64,000 nt of DNA from an uncultured delta proteobacterium. GTDB lineage: Bacteria > Myxococcota_A > Polyangia > Fen-1088. The DNA lies in the NCBI GenBank assembly GCA_963755125.1, contig CAVWIP010000017.1, positions 64,001-128,000 of the forward strand, in the 5' to 3' direction. The notes under the pieces are model-generated. The model did no database searches. It was not told the origin of the DNA and saw only the letters and a program-made list of their open reading frames with translations. This document shows, in pieces, positions 1-9,128 of the stretch (position 1 is its first letter; each line of letters opens with the position of its first letter). The translations under genes and the position numbers were made by a program.

Positions 1-2
1 CA

Positions 3-221
3 AGCGCTCTCCTGCTGGCGGAGAAACTGAAACAGAAGGTCAGGCTCACGGGTGTATCAGCGCAGTCGCTCGTCGGTGAAGGCGGGCAGTTGCCTCTCTT
101 TGATTCTGACCGCCGCGTTGGTCGGCTCAACGCCGTCCTCGACCGCATCCACGACAAGTTCGGCTCAGATGCGGTGACCACGGCAGACTTGCACGCAGCA
201 CCAGGCAAGAAACGGGAGTAG
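3..221 (+). CDS. dinB: DNA polymerase IV (DinB, Y-family), C-terminal part; gene begins before the window
   Basis: Manual translation of frame 3: ...KVRLTGVSAQSL...GQLPLF...LNAVLDRIHDKFGSDAV...KRE*. This fits the little-finger end, a QLxLF clamp-binding motif and the typical DinB tail. Confidence 0.75.
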   Translation, partial: SALLLAEKLKQKVRLTGVSAQSLVGEGGQLPLFDSDRRVGRLNAVLDRIHDKFGSDAVTTADLHAAPGKKRE

Positions 222-477
222 AGGGACGATCTGCTTCCGAATGCTGTGCTGAGTTAGCTATGTCCGTTTGAATTGATGGCGGCCCCGCAAACCTGGGTCA
301 CGCGTAGTAGGGGGTAGAGTGGGGTGGGGTGATGTTCCTGGCTGAGCACAACCAAGGGCAGGGGATGCTGGCCATCAGGAAGGTCGATCCGAGCCGTGCG
401 ACACACCTCTGATGACGTCGTTTTCACCTGTAACCACGGCGTAACCAACGGTACCGTATTCGGTACCAAACCGGAGG

Positions 478-565
478 GATCACGGATGACCTGTTCCCTT
501 CGTGGTGTTCAAAAATCCCCTATAAAACAAGGGGGTTTGAGCACAAAGGGTGATCATCCGTGATC
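478..565. repeat. Extended imperfect inverted repeat (hairpin)
   Basis: GATCACGGATGA/TCATCCGTGATC perfect 12 bp, with inner pairs CCCTT/AAGGG, GTGTTCAAA/TTTGAGCAC and CCCCT/AGGGG. Confidence 0.75.
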
Positions 566-578
566 ATGTCCAGGTGAG

Positions 579-616
579 TTGGGAAGCCGATGCTCTACCA
601 ACTGAGCTACTCGCGC
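579..616 (-). pseudogene. 5' half of tRNA-Gly(CCC), broken in the anticodon loop (att-site scar)
   Basis: Minus strand reads GCGCGAGTAGCTCAGTTGGTAGAGCATCGGCTTCCCAA and then diverges. D-arm and the 5' side of the anticodon arm are present; no T-arm follows. Confidence 0.85.
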
Positions 617-667
617 ATTCTCTTTTAATTTCAGTTAGTTAGGCTAGATTTCGTTCGCAGCGAATTC

Positions 668-912
668 CTACTCTCTGCCCATTCTCTGCCCAAGTGGGGC
701 GGGAACCTCGCGAAGAGATAGCACAACCGACGCCGGTTTGGAAAGGTCGACCGCAACTCTATCGAACGCCTTGGCGCCGAAAAAGTCCGGGGCCAAGTGC
801 GCGTAGTGCTGGGTCGTGGAGGTTGAAGAATGGCCCATGATTTTGGCCAGTTCTTCCATGCTGCCGCCGTTCATCACCCATTGGGATGCGAACGTGTGGC
901 GGGTGCATTGGT
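668..912 (-). pseudogene. Tyrosine recombinase/integrase, C-terminal fragment
   Basis: TRHTFASQWVMNGGSMEELAKIMGHSSTSTTQHYAH carries the box II RH...GH...Y catalytic residues; the N-terminal part is missing. Confidence 0.85.
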
Positions 913-1059
913 ACGCAGACCAACGGCTGGAACTACACATCCCCGTCGGACACCAGCATCCAACTCTACGGCTCGTGGTGTACCAACGTAACCAACGGAA
1001 CCTACAAGTCCGCCGAGGTTCTGATGGGCTGCCCAGGGGATAGTGGCATTATCCCGTAG
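913..1059 (+). pseudogene. C-terminal fragment of a myxobacterial VWA-type secreted protein
   Basis: Manual translation TQTNGWNYTSPSDTSIQLYGSWCTNVTNGTYKSAEVLMGCPGDSGIIP* resembles the NGW.Y...I.LYG..C...GC tail of such proteins; no start. Confidence 0.5.
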
Positions 1060-1247
1060 CGCAGGACCTTCCCCGGCAATAGGCGGCAGAGTTGGAGCGT
1101 GAAGCGGCGAATCACCACACGCTCACAGACGAAGGGAAGCCAGGCGGTAGAAGGCGGTCTACAAGAAGCAAGACGACTCTGGGCAGTTGGCGACGATGCC
1201 GGTAGCGTGTGAAGGTCGCGGAAGAGTGTAGAAGCCAAGCCGGGATC

Positions 1248-1574
1248 ATGACCAAAGCCGACCTCATCACCATCATCGCCGACAAGCTCAAGTTCCCCGG
1301 GGCGCGAGCGGAGCTACTTGTAGATCATATCTTCTCGTCCATGTCAGACGCCCTCATGCGCGGCGAAAAGATCGAAATTCGAGGGTTCGGCAGCTTCACC
1401 GTGCGCCAGTACCGCGCCTACGACGGTCGTAACCCGCGCACAGGTGCAATCGTTCCCGTCAAGCCCAAGCGTCTGGCCTTCTTCAAAGTGGGCAAAGAGA
1501 TGAGGGAGCGCGTGAATGGTGGGAAACGCTCGACAGAGGTAGGAGCAGCGGCTGAGCCGGACAAGCTGGTCTAG
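1248..1574 (+). CDS. Integration host factor / HU-family DNA-binding protein (IhfB-like)
   Basis: MTKADLI...GEKIEIRGFGSF...GRNPRTG...FFKVGKEMRERVN signature. Confidence 0.92.
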   Translation: MTKADLITIIADKLKFPGARAELLVDHIFSSMSDALMRGEKIEIRGFGSFTVRQYRAYDGRNPRTGAIVPVKPKRLAFFKVGKEMRERVNGGKRSTEVGAAAEPDKLV

Positions 1575-1624
1575 GGCGGATACGGATGTGAGTTGTCCGA
1601 CGCTCGGCATTCCGTCGGCGGCGT

Positions 1625-2056
1625 TCAGAGTATCCAGTCGCACGCATTGAGTGCCGTGCAGTTCTGCGCCGCCATCGCATTCTGCAGGCAGGCCACATTT
1701 GAAGGGCCGTAGCACTTCGAGTAGCCCGCGCCCATGGTGCAGTTGATCATGCACTGGCCGGCGCTGGTGCTTGATCCGCACTGCGCCGAAAAGGCACAGA
1801 TTGTGCCGGGTGACCCGTCGCCGCAGAGCTGGCTCGCGCCGGCGTAACTGAGGCACCCACCGTCGGTGTAGCCGAGCGACGAGGCATCGGCTTGCCCGGA
1901 GGCTGTGTCGAGCGGACGGGAAGCGTCCGGCCCGTGGCTGACCGCCGAATCGGACCCGCCTGGCCCGTCCGGGGTGGAGTTGGCCGTAGAACTGCACCCC
2001 ATCATGCCAAGTCCGAGCAGCAGCATGAAGAATCGGACAGGAAAACCGTTGCGCAT
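1625..2056 (-). CDS. Cys-rich lipoprotein
   Basis: GGAGG RBS, signal peptide ending LGLGMMGC, low-complexity linker, C-terminal domain with multiple Cys. Confidence 0.75.
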   Translation of the reverse strand: MRNGFPVRFFMLLLGLGMMGCSSTANSTPDGPGGSDSAVSHGPDASRPLDTASGQADASSLGYTDGGCLSYAGASQLCGDGSPGTICAFSAQCGSSTSAGQCMINCTMGAGYSKCYGPSNVACLQNAMAAQNCTALNACDWIL

Positions 2057-2083
2057 GTTGGCCTCCAAGAGATCGGTTCGACG

Positions 2084-3646
2084 TCAGGGGCAGCCGCCCT
2101 GGGGACAGGTGTTGCAGGTGATCTCCACTCCGCTGGTGAGCGTGGCATTCACGACACATCCGCCTGAAGTGGTGCCGCATTCGGGAGTTACCGGCCCCTG
2201 GCCACAGGCATTGTCGACACATTGAACCCCAACCGAGCCGTCTTCGATCACCAGGCACATCTGTCCGGAGGGGCACGTGCGAGAGATGCAATTCACCGTG
2301 CTGCAAGCCCCGGTCTGGACTGTCCATTTGCCGCCTGCACAGCCGGCCTGCGTGCGACCCGTACTGGGGCAGTTGTCGTAGAAACAGGTCATGTCCGTGC
2401 TCCCGCAGGAAGAGGCGTTTGTCGGCGGTGTCGAAGGACAAGTGGTAGGGGTGACCCCGGCATCGGCATCGGCGCACTCGTTCTGGAGGACACAGCCTTC
2501 GTAGCAGTTGTTGGCATACGAGAGGGCATACGGCGTCACACAGACGGGTTGCGGGGCTAGACACGCAACCGGGCCAGTGCAGTTGGCGTGACCGCCGTCG
2601 GCGCATCGGCTGAAGTTCGGGGGATTCTCGAAGACCGAGTGGCAGTCGCTGCGGCTATCACACTCCGCCTGGGTTGACACCTGGCTGCAGCTTGCAACAG
2701 CAGCATCGCTCACTCCAGCGTCCGGTGGCGGACAAGCGACGGCGCCGCACACGGCGAAGCACATGCCGGTTCCAGGCGTGCATCCCGGACACCAGGTCTG
2801 GCCTGCCGGGCAGACTCCCGGACAATAGGAGGCCGTGCAGGACTGCCCGCAGCTGCCGGGGATGCCAAGACTTGTGCACCCTGGGCACCAGATCTGTCCC
2901 GCTGGGCATGGCCCCGCGTCCGCCCCTGCGTCCGCGCCGCCAGCCATCACGAAGGTCATGCACCGGCCGCTGACGCATTCCAGGCCGATGGAGCCGCCCT
3001 GAGCCGTGTTGTTGCCGTCCTCGGCTAGCTGGTAGGTGAAGCTGGCGCAACCAAGGTTTCCGCAGGATAGCGACGGGAACGTGCACGAGGACGACTTGGC
3101 CAGGCCCACCTCCGAGATGGCACCGCAACAGGTTGGCTGGACCACCTGCCTGCAATCGCTCGCCAGGGTGCAGGTCTTGGCCGTGGTCGCGATGGTGCCG
3201 CTGGAATCGTAGCAAGAGTTGCCGCTGCTGCTCGACGAAGCACCACCGGTTCCAGTTGTTCCGCCATTTTCCCCCGTGGCGGTACTGCTGCCGCCAGCGC
3301 CACCAGAACTCGGGCAGTAGCAATCACACTCTCCCCCCTGGCAAAGGGCGAAACAAGTGGAGGGCCTTCCACTGCACACATTCTGGCTCCCGCCGGACCC
3401 CGCAGCACCACCCGTGCCGAAAGCTGAGCTTCCGCCAGAAATCATGGTCCCGCCGCCTGCCGTGATTCCGCCCCGCAAACTCGTACTTCCGCCTTGTGCC
3501 GTGATTCCGCCAGAAGCCGTGGTCCCGCCGGAGCTATGGAGACCGGTCTTGGCGTTCGAGCTACAGCCGCTGCCCAGCATTGCGAGGGAGAGCCCAAAGG
3601 CTCCGACGATGCAAGACCTGAAACGATTGGGTCGGTCGGTATTCAT
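2084..3646 (-). CDS. Cys-rich lipoprotein with Gly/Thr/Ser linkers and an internal CPAGQxWCPGCT repeat
   Basis: Lipobox LGSGC, GG-rich linkers, many Cys modules. Confidence 0.8.
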   Translation of the reverse strand: MNTDRPNRFRSCIVGAFGLSLAMLGSGCSSNAKTGLHSSGGTTASGGITAQGGSTSLRGGITAGGGTMISGGSSAFGTGGAAGSGGSQNVCSGRPSTCFALCQGGECDCYCPSSGGAGGSSTATGENGGTTGTGGASSSSSGNSCYDSSGTIATTAKTCTLASDCRQVVQPTCCGAISEVGLAKSSSCTFPSLSCGNLGCASFTYQLAEDGNNTAQGGSIGLECVSGRCMTFVMAGGADAGADAGPCPAGQIWCPGCTSLGIPGSCGQSCTASYCPGVCPAGQTWCPGCTPGTGMCFAVCGAVACPPPDAGVSDAAVASCSQVSTQAECDSRSDCHSVFENPPNFSRCADGGHANCTGPVACLAPQPVCVTPYALSYANNCYEGCVLQNECADADAGVTPTTCPSTPPTNASSCGSTDMTCFYDNCPSTGRTQAGCAGGKWTVQTGACSTVNCISRTCPSGQMCLVIEDGSVGVQCVDNACGQGPVTPECGTTSGGCVVNATLTSGVEITCNTCPQGGCP

Positions 3647-3713
3647 GATGCTTCCTTGTCGTCTGCCGTTCGGGAAATGGAGTGTTCGCTGGGTGTGAAC
3701 TGATGGTCAAGTC

Positions 3714-4679
3714 TCACGGATACCCGCAGAGCACGTATGCGGAGGTCACGCTGCATTCAACACCACCGACGGCGGGGCAGAGGCAGTTGCAGAGATCACC
3801 GCTGCACGCGTCGGGGAGGTCAACACAACCTGGGGCGGGTGCGGGCTCCGTGCAACCTGGGCTCACCTGATCTCCTGTTGCCGGGTCACGGCAGGAGGCG
3901 GCATACACGAGGCCCGGCGGACAGCCCCCGTCGCCCAGAGCCTGGCACAGCGGAGCTGGGCCGCCTGAGCGGAGCACGCAGGCTTGGCCGGAATGACACG
4001 TGGTGCTTCCGCAGGACTGACTTCCGGCGTCCCATGCTGTGTCCACCGCCGAGGGGACGTCTTGCCCGGCATCCGTCGGCGGCACCACGACGTCCGTTGT
4101 GCATAGGTGCCCCACGCACCGGACGGACACCAAATCGATCGGCTGCGTGTCCGTTCCCAGGAAAGGCGTGGTCTTGCCCGTGTCCGTCAGGTAGCCGAGA
4201 TACTCCGCACACCCAAGCCCGCTACAGGCTCCCGGAGGCAGTGCAAAGCAACCTGCATATGCACTTGCCTGGGTCTTGGCTATTCCACGTGCGTTGTCTG
4301 CCCCACAACAGGTTGCTGCGGTAAGAATCGTGCAGTCCGAATCCTGCGTGCACTGGCGCGCCACCGCCGCAAAGCCGACCCCTCCATCGTCACTACACGC
4401 GACGCCTGCGCCAGCGTCGCTCGTCACTCCGCCGGTTCCTATGGCCCCACCTGTGCCCGTACCGGCGTCAGTTCCCATGCCGCCAGTTCCTACAGCTCCA
4501 CCCGCGCCCGTACTGGCGTCAGTCTTCACACCGCCAGCGCCTCCAGAAGAACCATCAGGTAGTCTTCCAGCGCTCTGGTCCGTCCTGCCACAAGCCCCAG
4601 CCCATCCCATGAGCAGGCAGGCTGCCCAGGCAGCGAGGTTCCATGAAGCACGCGGACGCAAAGTGTTGTTTGCGCTCAT
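3714..4679 (-). CDS. Cys-rich lipoprotein, partial paralog of 2084-3646
   Basis: Lipobox WAGAC, GTGG linkers, shared CTxxSDC...TCCG...GIAK...LGCA domain. Confidence 0.78.
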   Translation of the reverse strand: MSANNTLRPRASWNLAAWAACLLMGWAGACGRTDQSAGRLPDGSSGGAGGVKTDASTGAGGAVGTGGMGTDAGTGTGGAIGTGGVTSDAGAGVACSDDGGVGFAAVARQCTQDSDCTILTAATCCGADNARGIAKTQASAYAGCFALPPGACSGLGCAEYLGYLTDTGKTTPFLGTDTQPIDLVSVRCVGHLCTTDVVVPPTDAGQDVPSAVDTAWDAGSQSCGSTTCHSGQACVLRSGGPAPLCQALGDGGCPPGLVYAASCRDPATGDQVSPGCTEPAPAPGCVDLPDACSGDLCNCLCPAVGGVECSVTSAYVLCGYP

Positions 4680-4956
4680 CCTATCTTGCCGTGGCATTTG
4701 TCGACGATACAGCAAGCTGCGTGCCACCCGCTGTCGAGGCTGGTTTCATGGAACGATCATGTATGTCGGCATGAAAACGGTCGATTGTGCGCATACCCGT
4801 CGCGACAGGGCCGTCCTCATACCCTCAGAATTCTGAGGGCAATCTCAGACGGCTGATGGATCGTGTCCAAGATTTCACTTGGTCCCCGGTCAAGAAGTCA
4901 ACTCGAACTTGGCCTCGAACTTGCTGATATTTTGCCCACTCGATCTGGAGGCAGCC

Positions 4957-6489
4957 ATGACTCGATGGATTCGACCTGGGACCGGTTCTTGTGTTCTTTC
5001 CGCGCTTTTCTTCGCCACATTTGCTGGGTGTGGTTCAAGCAACTCGAAATCTGCGCCTGATGCCACCACCCACGACACCGCGTTGTCGCAAGATGTTGTC
5101 GTGGCCCTTGACGGTTTTAGCGATCACGCCGTCGCGCCTGACGCCGCTGCAAGCGATTCCACCGTGGCACCCGATGCTGCCCAGAGCGATGCTTTGGTGG
5201 CCGATGTCCCCGCGACCGACGCTGCTTCCTCCGATGCCGAAAGTGTTTCTGACGCTGGGTCTGCCCCGGACATCGTCACCGCCATGTCGTCCGTCCAGCG
5301 CATCGCCGATCCCCAGGTGCCAGCGGCTGACATCACTACCCTGGCTTCCGACAACGCCGCGTTCGCGTTCGCAGCCTACCAACAGCTCATCACCACGAAC
5401 ACCAATCTGGTCTTCTCGCCAGCCAGCATCTCCATCGCCCTTGCCATGACCTATGCCGGCGCAGCAACCACGACAGCGACCGAGATGGCTCAAGCACTTC
5501 ACTTCACCCTGCCACCCGCGCAGTTGCACCCGGCGTTCAATGCTCTGGACCAGACTCTGGCCTCACGTGGTCAGGGCTTCCTGGGCGGTGATGGTGGACC
5601 CATGCAGGTAGACATCGTCAACGCGCTTTGGGCCGAGCAGACCTACACGTTCAGGAGCGATTTTCTGGACACTCTGGCCGAGAACTATGGCGCCGGCGTG
5701 AACCTTCTCGATTTCATCAATGCCCCCGATCCATCGCGGCTGACCATCAACGCGTGGGTGGCTGGCCAGACCAACGATAAGATCCAGAATCTGCTGCCTC
5801 CGGGCTCCATCGGAAGCGCGACAAAGCTGGTTCTCACCGATGCGGTCTACTTCAATGCTGCCTGGAGCACCCCGTTTGACCCGAACAATACCCAAGACGG
5901 CCCATTCACCCGCCTCGACGGTAGCACCGTGACTGTGAGTTTCATGAACGCATACCTCCCCGGCCTTCCGGCGATTCAGGGGACGAGCTTCGTAGCCGCG
6001 TCTCTGCCCTACGCCGACACTCGGCTCTCGCTGGTGGTGGTGGTGCCTGATGAGGGCCAGTTCAGCCAAGTCGAATCCTCTCTGAATGCAACCACGCTGG
6101 CGACTCTGGTGGCCGGGCTGGTCAGCCAGCCGGTTATTCTCACGCTTCCCCGCTTCAAGGTCGAGACAGCGACGAGTTTGAAGCTACTCCTCCAGGCCCT
6201 GGGCATGATATCGGCTTTCATCCCTCGCGTCGCCGACTTCTCGGGCATGGATGGTACGCTCACCCTCTTCATCTCGAACGTATTCCACGACGCCTTCATC
6301 GACGTTGCGGAAAAGGGCACCGAGGCCGCAGCCGCCACAGCAGTCGTCGTCGCAAAAGATTCCGTTGCCAGTGCGCCTCCGACAGGGCTAGTGGTCGACG
6401 CGACCCGTCCCTTCATCTATTTCCTCTATGACCAGCCCACCGGTGCCATTCTCTTCATGGGTCGGGTTCAAGATCCTAACCAGAACTGA
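4957..6489 (+). CDS. Serpin-family serine protease inhibitor, lipoprotein
   Basis: GGAGG RBS, lipobox FAGC, NLVFSPASI, AVYFNAAW, hinge EKGTEAAAATA, C-terminal RPFIYFLYDQPTGAILFMGRV. Confidence 0.95.
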   Translation: MTRWIRPGTGSCVLSALFFATFAGCGSSNSKSAPDATTHDTALSQDVVVALDGFSDHAVAPDAAASDSTVAPDAAQSDALVADVPATDAASSDAESVSDAGSAPDIVTAMSSVQRIADPQVPAADITTLASDNAAFAFAAYQQLITTNTNLVFSPASISIALAMTYAGAATTTATEMAQALHFTLPPAQLHPAFNALDQTLASRGQGFLGGDGGPMQVDIVNALWAEQTYTFRSDFLDTLAENYGAGVNLLDFINAPDPSRLTINAWVAGQTNDKIQNLLPPGSIGSATKLVLTDAVYFNAAWSTPFDPNNTQDGPFTRLDGSTVTVSFMNAYLPGLPAIQGTSFVAASLPYADTRLSLVVVVPDEGQFSQVESSLNATTLATLVAGLVSQPVILTLPRFKVETATSLKLLLQALGMISAFIPRVADFSGMDGTLTLFISNVFHDAFIDVAEKGTEAAAATAVVVAKDSVASAPPTGLVVDATRPFIYFLYDQPTGAILFMGRVQDPNQN

Positions 6490-6586
6490 CCAGAGAGGCG
6501 CATCATGCAGCCCCATCTCGACCGGGAGGGAGGCCAGTGTAGATGTCTTCAGGTACGCTACCCCGCGTGGTCGATAGCGCGTCCGA

Positions 6587-6660
6587 AAGGTGTACCCGTG
6601 CGGCCCATCGATGAGCTAGAAGAAGTGCCGGGGATCGGACCAGCCACATTCGATGCCGTC
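6587..6660 (+). pseudogene. Helix-hairpin-helix (ComEA-like) fragment
   Basis: PIDELEEVPGIGPATFDAV motif inside an otherwise unconvincing 80-aa ORF. Confidence 0.35.
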
Positions 6661-6709
6661 CATTCATCGGCTCGCGTGCCAGGATCATGCTTAGTAAGGA
6701 GGTCAGACG

Positions 6710-8107
6710 ATGCTAGTGGTGATCAGCGATTTGCATCTGAACGATGACTCGGCTGCACCCGAGAACATCAACCCCCGCGCCTTCGCGATCTGGATGGATG
6801 CCGTGATTGCGCTCGCTCGGAAGAACAAGGCCAAGGAACTGGTCTTCGCCTACCTGGGCGACATGGTGGATCTGCTGAGGACCGAATATTGGTTCTACCC
6901 CGCGCCTGACGTTCCCCTCGGGGCGCAGGGCCCGGAGGCATTCCCTCTCGAACATCGGCCCTGGGGCACTCGGGACATCAACGAACATCCGGACCAGCTT
7001 TCGGAGGCTTGCCGTAAGCGCGCCCTGGCAATTCTGCAGAAGATCTGCAGCCAGGCGAAGGAACAACTCGCGTACCTTAGTGGTGCTGCCAAGGGCGTAC
7101 CCGAGGAGCTTGAAAAACTCGGAATACCGATCCGGCGCCTCTACGTGCCGGGCAACCACGACCGGCTTTTCTGGGTCGACCGTGCCGTCCGCGAGGGGAT
7201 CCTGGCGGCTCTAGGTGCGGCTGTGGTTCCGGGAGACCGTCCCTACGAGTTGGCATTGCCCGAGTACGGCGTATTGGGGCGCCATGGGCATGAGTGGGAT
7301 CCGTGGAACTTTGAGGCGTTCCAGGAGGGCCACACCCCGAAAGATCTCAAGGCCGACGACTACAAGCTTGTACCCATCGGCGATCCCATCACGACCGAGG
7401 TGCTCGCCCGCCTACCGTATGAGGTCTACCGGGCGCTTCCCCCGCAGCTTTCCGACGAGATTCGCGCCCAGGTCTTTGAGCATCTCAGGCATGTCGAGGA
7501 CGTGCGCCCTCTTCACCAAGTGTTGCACTGGGTGGTCGTCCAACCAAACAGGTTCACTGCCGGATACGACTCCGCCACTCGCGATGTCATCCTGGACACC
7601 CTCGGCACGGTGGCCAAGCAACTGCTTGCTCGCTTCATGGGGATTCCGTTTGTCAAAGGTTGGCTCAAGGCCCACGACAAGTGGAGCCTCAAGCTCGACG
7701 AAGCCGACAAGATCCAGGATATCTATCGGCTATCGAGAGTTTTCGACATCAGGAACGTCTCGCGGGCGCTTGCGATTGCGGAGAAGCTCGGGCTCACGGC
7801 CCCCGACGACGAAGCCGGTCCCGCCGCCCAGGAACTTGGCGATCCTCCACGCGCTCGCTACTGCATCTACGGCCACACTCATCAATTCGAACACGTTCCT
7901 TTCGGCTGCAACGCGAACGGAGACGGTTTCGTCTACTTCAACTCGGGTACCTGGCGGCCTCGCGTGGAGCAGACCCGCGACCAACGTGGCTTCGCCGAAT
8001 TCAAGGAGATGACCTATCTGGTGTTTTACCGGGCGGACGAGGATCCCGCAGAGAGAGGGAGCAAGGGTTTCAGCTATGAGCTCTGGAATGGAATAATGCA
8101 TAAGTGA
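6710..8107 (+). CDS. Calcineurin-like metallophosphoesterase
   Basis: Motifs ISDLH, LGDMVD, PGNHD, HGH, YGHTH and NSGTW; AGGAGG RBS. Confidence 0.88.
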   Translation: MLVVISDLHLNDDSAAPENINPRAFAIWMDAVIALARKNKAKELVFAYLGDMVDLLRTEYWFYPAPDVPLGAQGPEAFPLEHRPWGTRDINEHPDQLSEACRKRALAILQKICSQAKEQLAYLSGAAKGVPEELEKLGIPIRRLYVPGNHDRLFWVDRAVREGILAALGAAVVPGDRPYELALPEYGVLGRHGHEWDPWNFEAFQEGHTPKDLKADDYKLVPIGDPITTEVLARLPYEVYRALPPQLSDEIRAQVFEHLRHVEDVRPLHQVLHWVVVQPNRFTAGYDSATRDVILDTLGTVAKQLLARFMGIPFVKGWLKAHDKWSLKLDEADKIQDIYRLSRVFDIRNVSRALAIAEKLGLTAPDDEAGPAAQELGDPPRARYCIYGHTHQFEHVPFGCNANGDGFVYFNSGTWRPRVEQTRDQRGFAEFKEMTYLVFYRADEDPAERGSKGFSYELWNGIMHK

Positions 8108-8141
8108 CCCGCGCCGTTCGGCTGTCCTGGCTAGCACCATC

Positions 8142-9017
8142 GTGCCGTCCATCCAAGGATTGAAGCCCGTGCGATTTCTGCCCGCTTTTTTCTGCCTCGC
8201 ACTGGCCACCGCGCTTGCGACCTGCAGGACGTCCCGCGCTCCCACGGCAAAGGCGCCGTCCTGGATCCTCGATGACACGGTCGCGATTCCAGGCGGCACG
8301 TTCGCCATGGGAAGCGACAGCCGGGACGCGAACGAAAACGAGAAGCCGGTGCATCTCGTGACCGTGAAGAGCTTCCGCCTCGACCGGACCGAGGTGACGG
8401 TGGCGGCTTACGCCGAGTGCGTGCGCGCCCGCGCCTGCAAGGAACCCGAGGCCTTTCGCGCCGAACTCGGAAATTTTCGCATCTTCTGCAACTGGAAGCA
8501 CCCACAGGACCGATCCACGCACCCAATCAACTGCGTCGATTTTTCGCAGGCCGCCGCTTTCTGCGCGTGGGCCGGCAAGCGTCTGCCCAGCGAGGAAGAA
8601 TGGGAATACGCCGCGCGCGCAGGATCGGACGGCCGAATCTATCCCTGGGGAAACGACAAGCCCGACCAGAGCCGGCTCAATGCCTGCGGAAAGGAATGCC
8701 CGGACAACCTTGTGGCCAAGCGATTCCCGAGGTGGGCGCCCATGTACGAGGCGGACGATGGCTGGCCGGAGACGGCTCCAGTGGGCAGTTTTCCCGCCGG
8801 CGCATCGAAGCACGGCGTGCTCGATCTGCTTGGCAACGTCTGGGAATGGACCGCGTCCGAGTACGCCGCCTACGACGGCAGCCACGCCGAGAAGAAACGC
8901 GTCCTGCGCGGGGGAAGCTGGGGCGGTGGCGATCCGCGAACCGAGCGGACCAGCAACCGCTTTCGCCTCGATCCCAGCAGCCGTGCGCAGTTTCTCGGCT
9001 TTCGCTGCGCCCAGTAG
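8142..9017 (+). CDS. Formylglycine-generating enzyme (SUMF1/FGE-sulfatase) domain protein
   Basis: IPGGTFAMGS, TEVTVAAY, RLPSEEEWEYAAR, GNVWEW, RGGSW, GFRCA. Confidence 0.92.
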   Translation: MPSIQGLKPVRFLPAFFCLALATALATCRTSRAPTAKAPSWILDDTVAIPGGTFAMGSDSRDANENEKPVHLVTVKSFRLDRTEVTVAAYAECVRARACKEPEAFRAELGNFRIFCNWKHPQDRSTHPINCVDFSQAAAFCAWAGKRLPSEEEWEYAARAGSDGRIYPWGNDKPDQSRLNACGKECPDNLVAKRFPRWAPMYEADDGWPETAPVGSFPAGASKHGVLDLLGNVWEWTASEYAAYDGSHAEKKRVLRGGSWGGGDPRTERTSNRFRLDPSSRAQFLGFRCAQ

Positions 9018-9128
9018 ACAGGCGCGTCGTCGCGTGGTGCGACTGACCACGCTCGGCTGCCTGATTGCCCGCGGGCAGGAAAGTCGGGCGCAGCCGCGAC
9101 GGGGTTGGTACACAATAGCCGCATCCTC

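Noticed and set aside
274..288. TGGCGGCCCCGC, possibly the reverse complement of another tRNA 3' end
   Set aside because: Too short, and no matching tRNA in the window.
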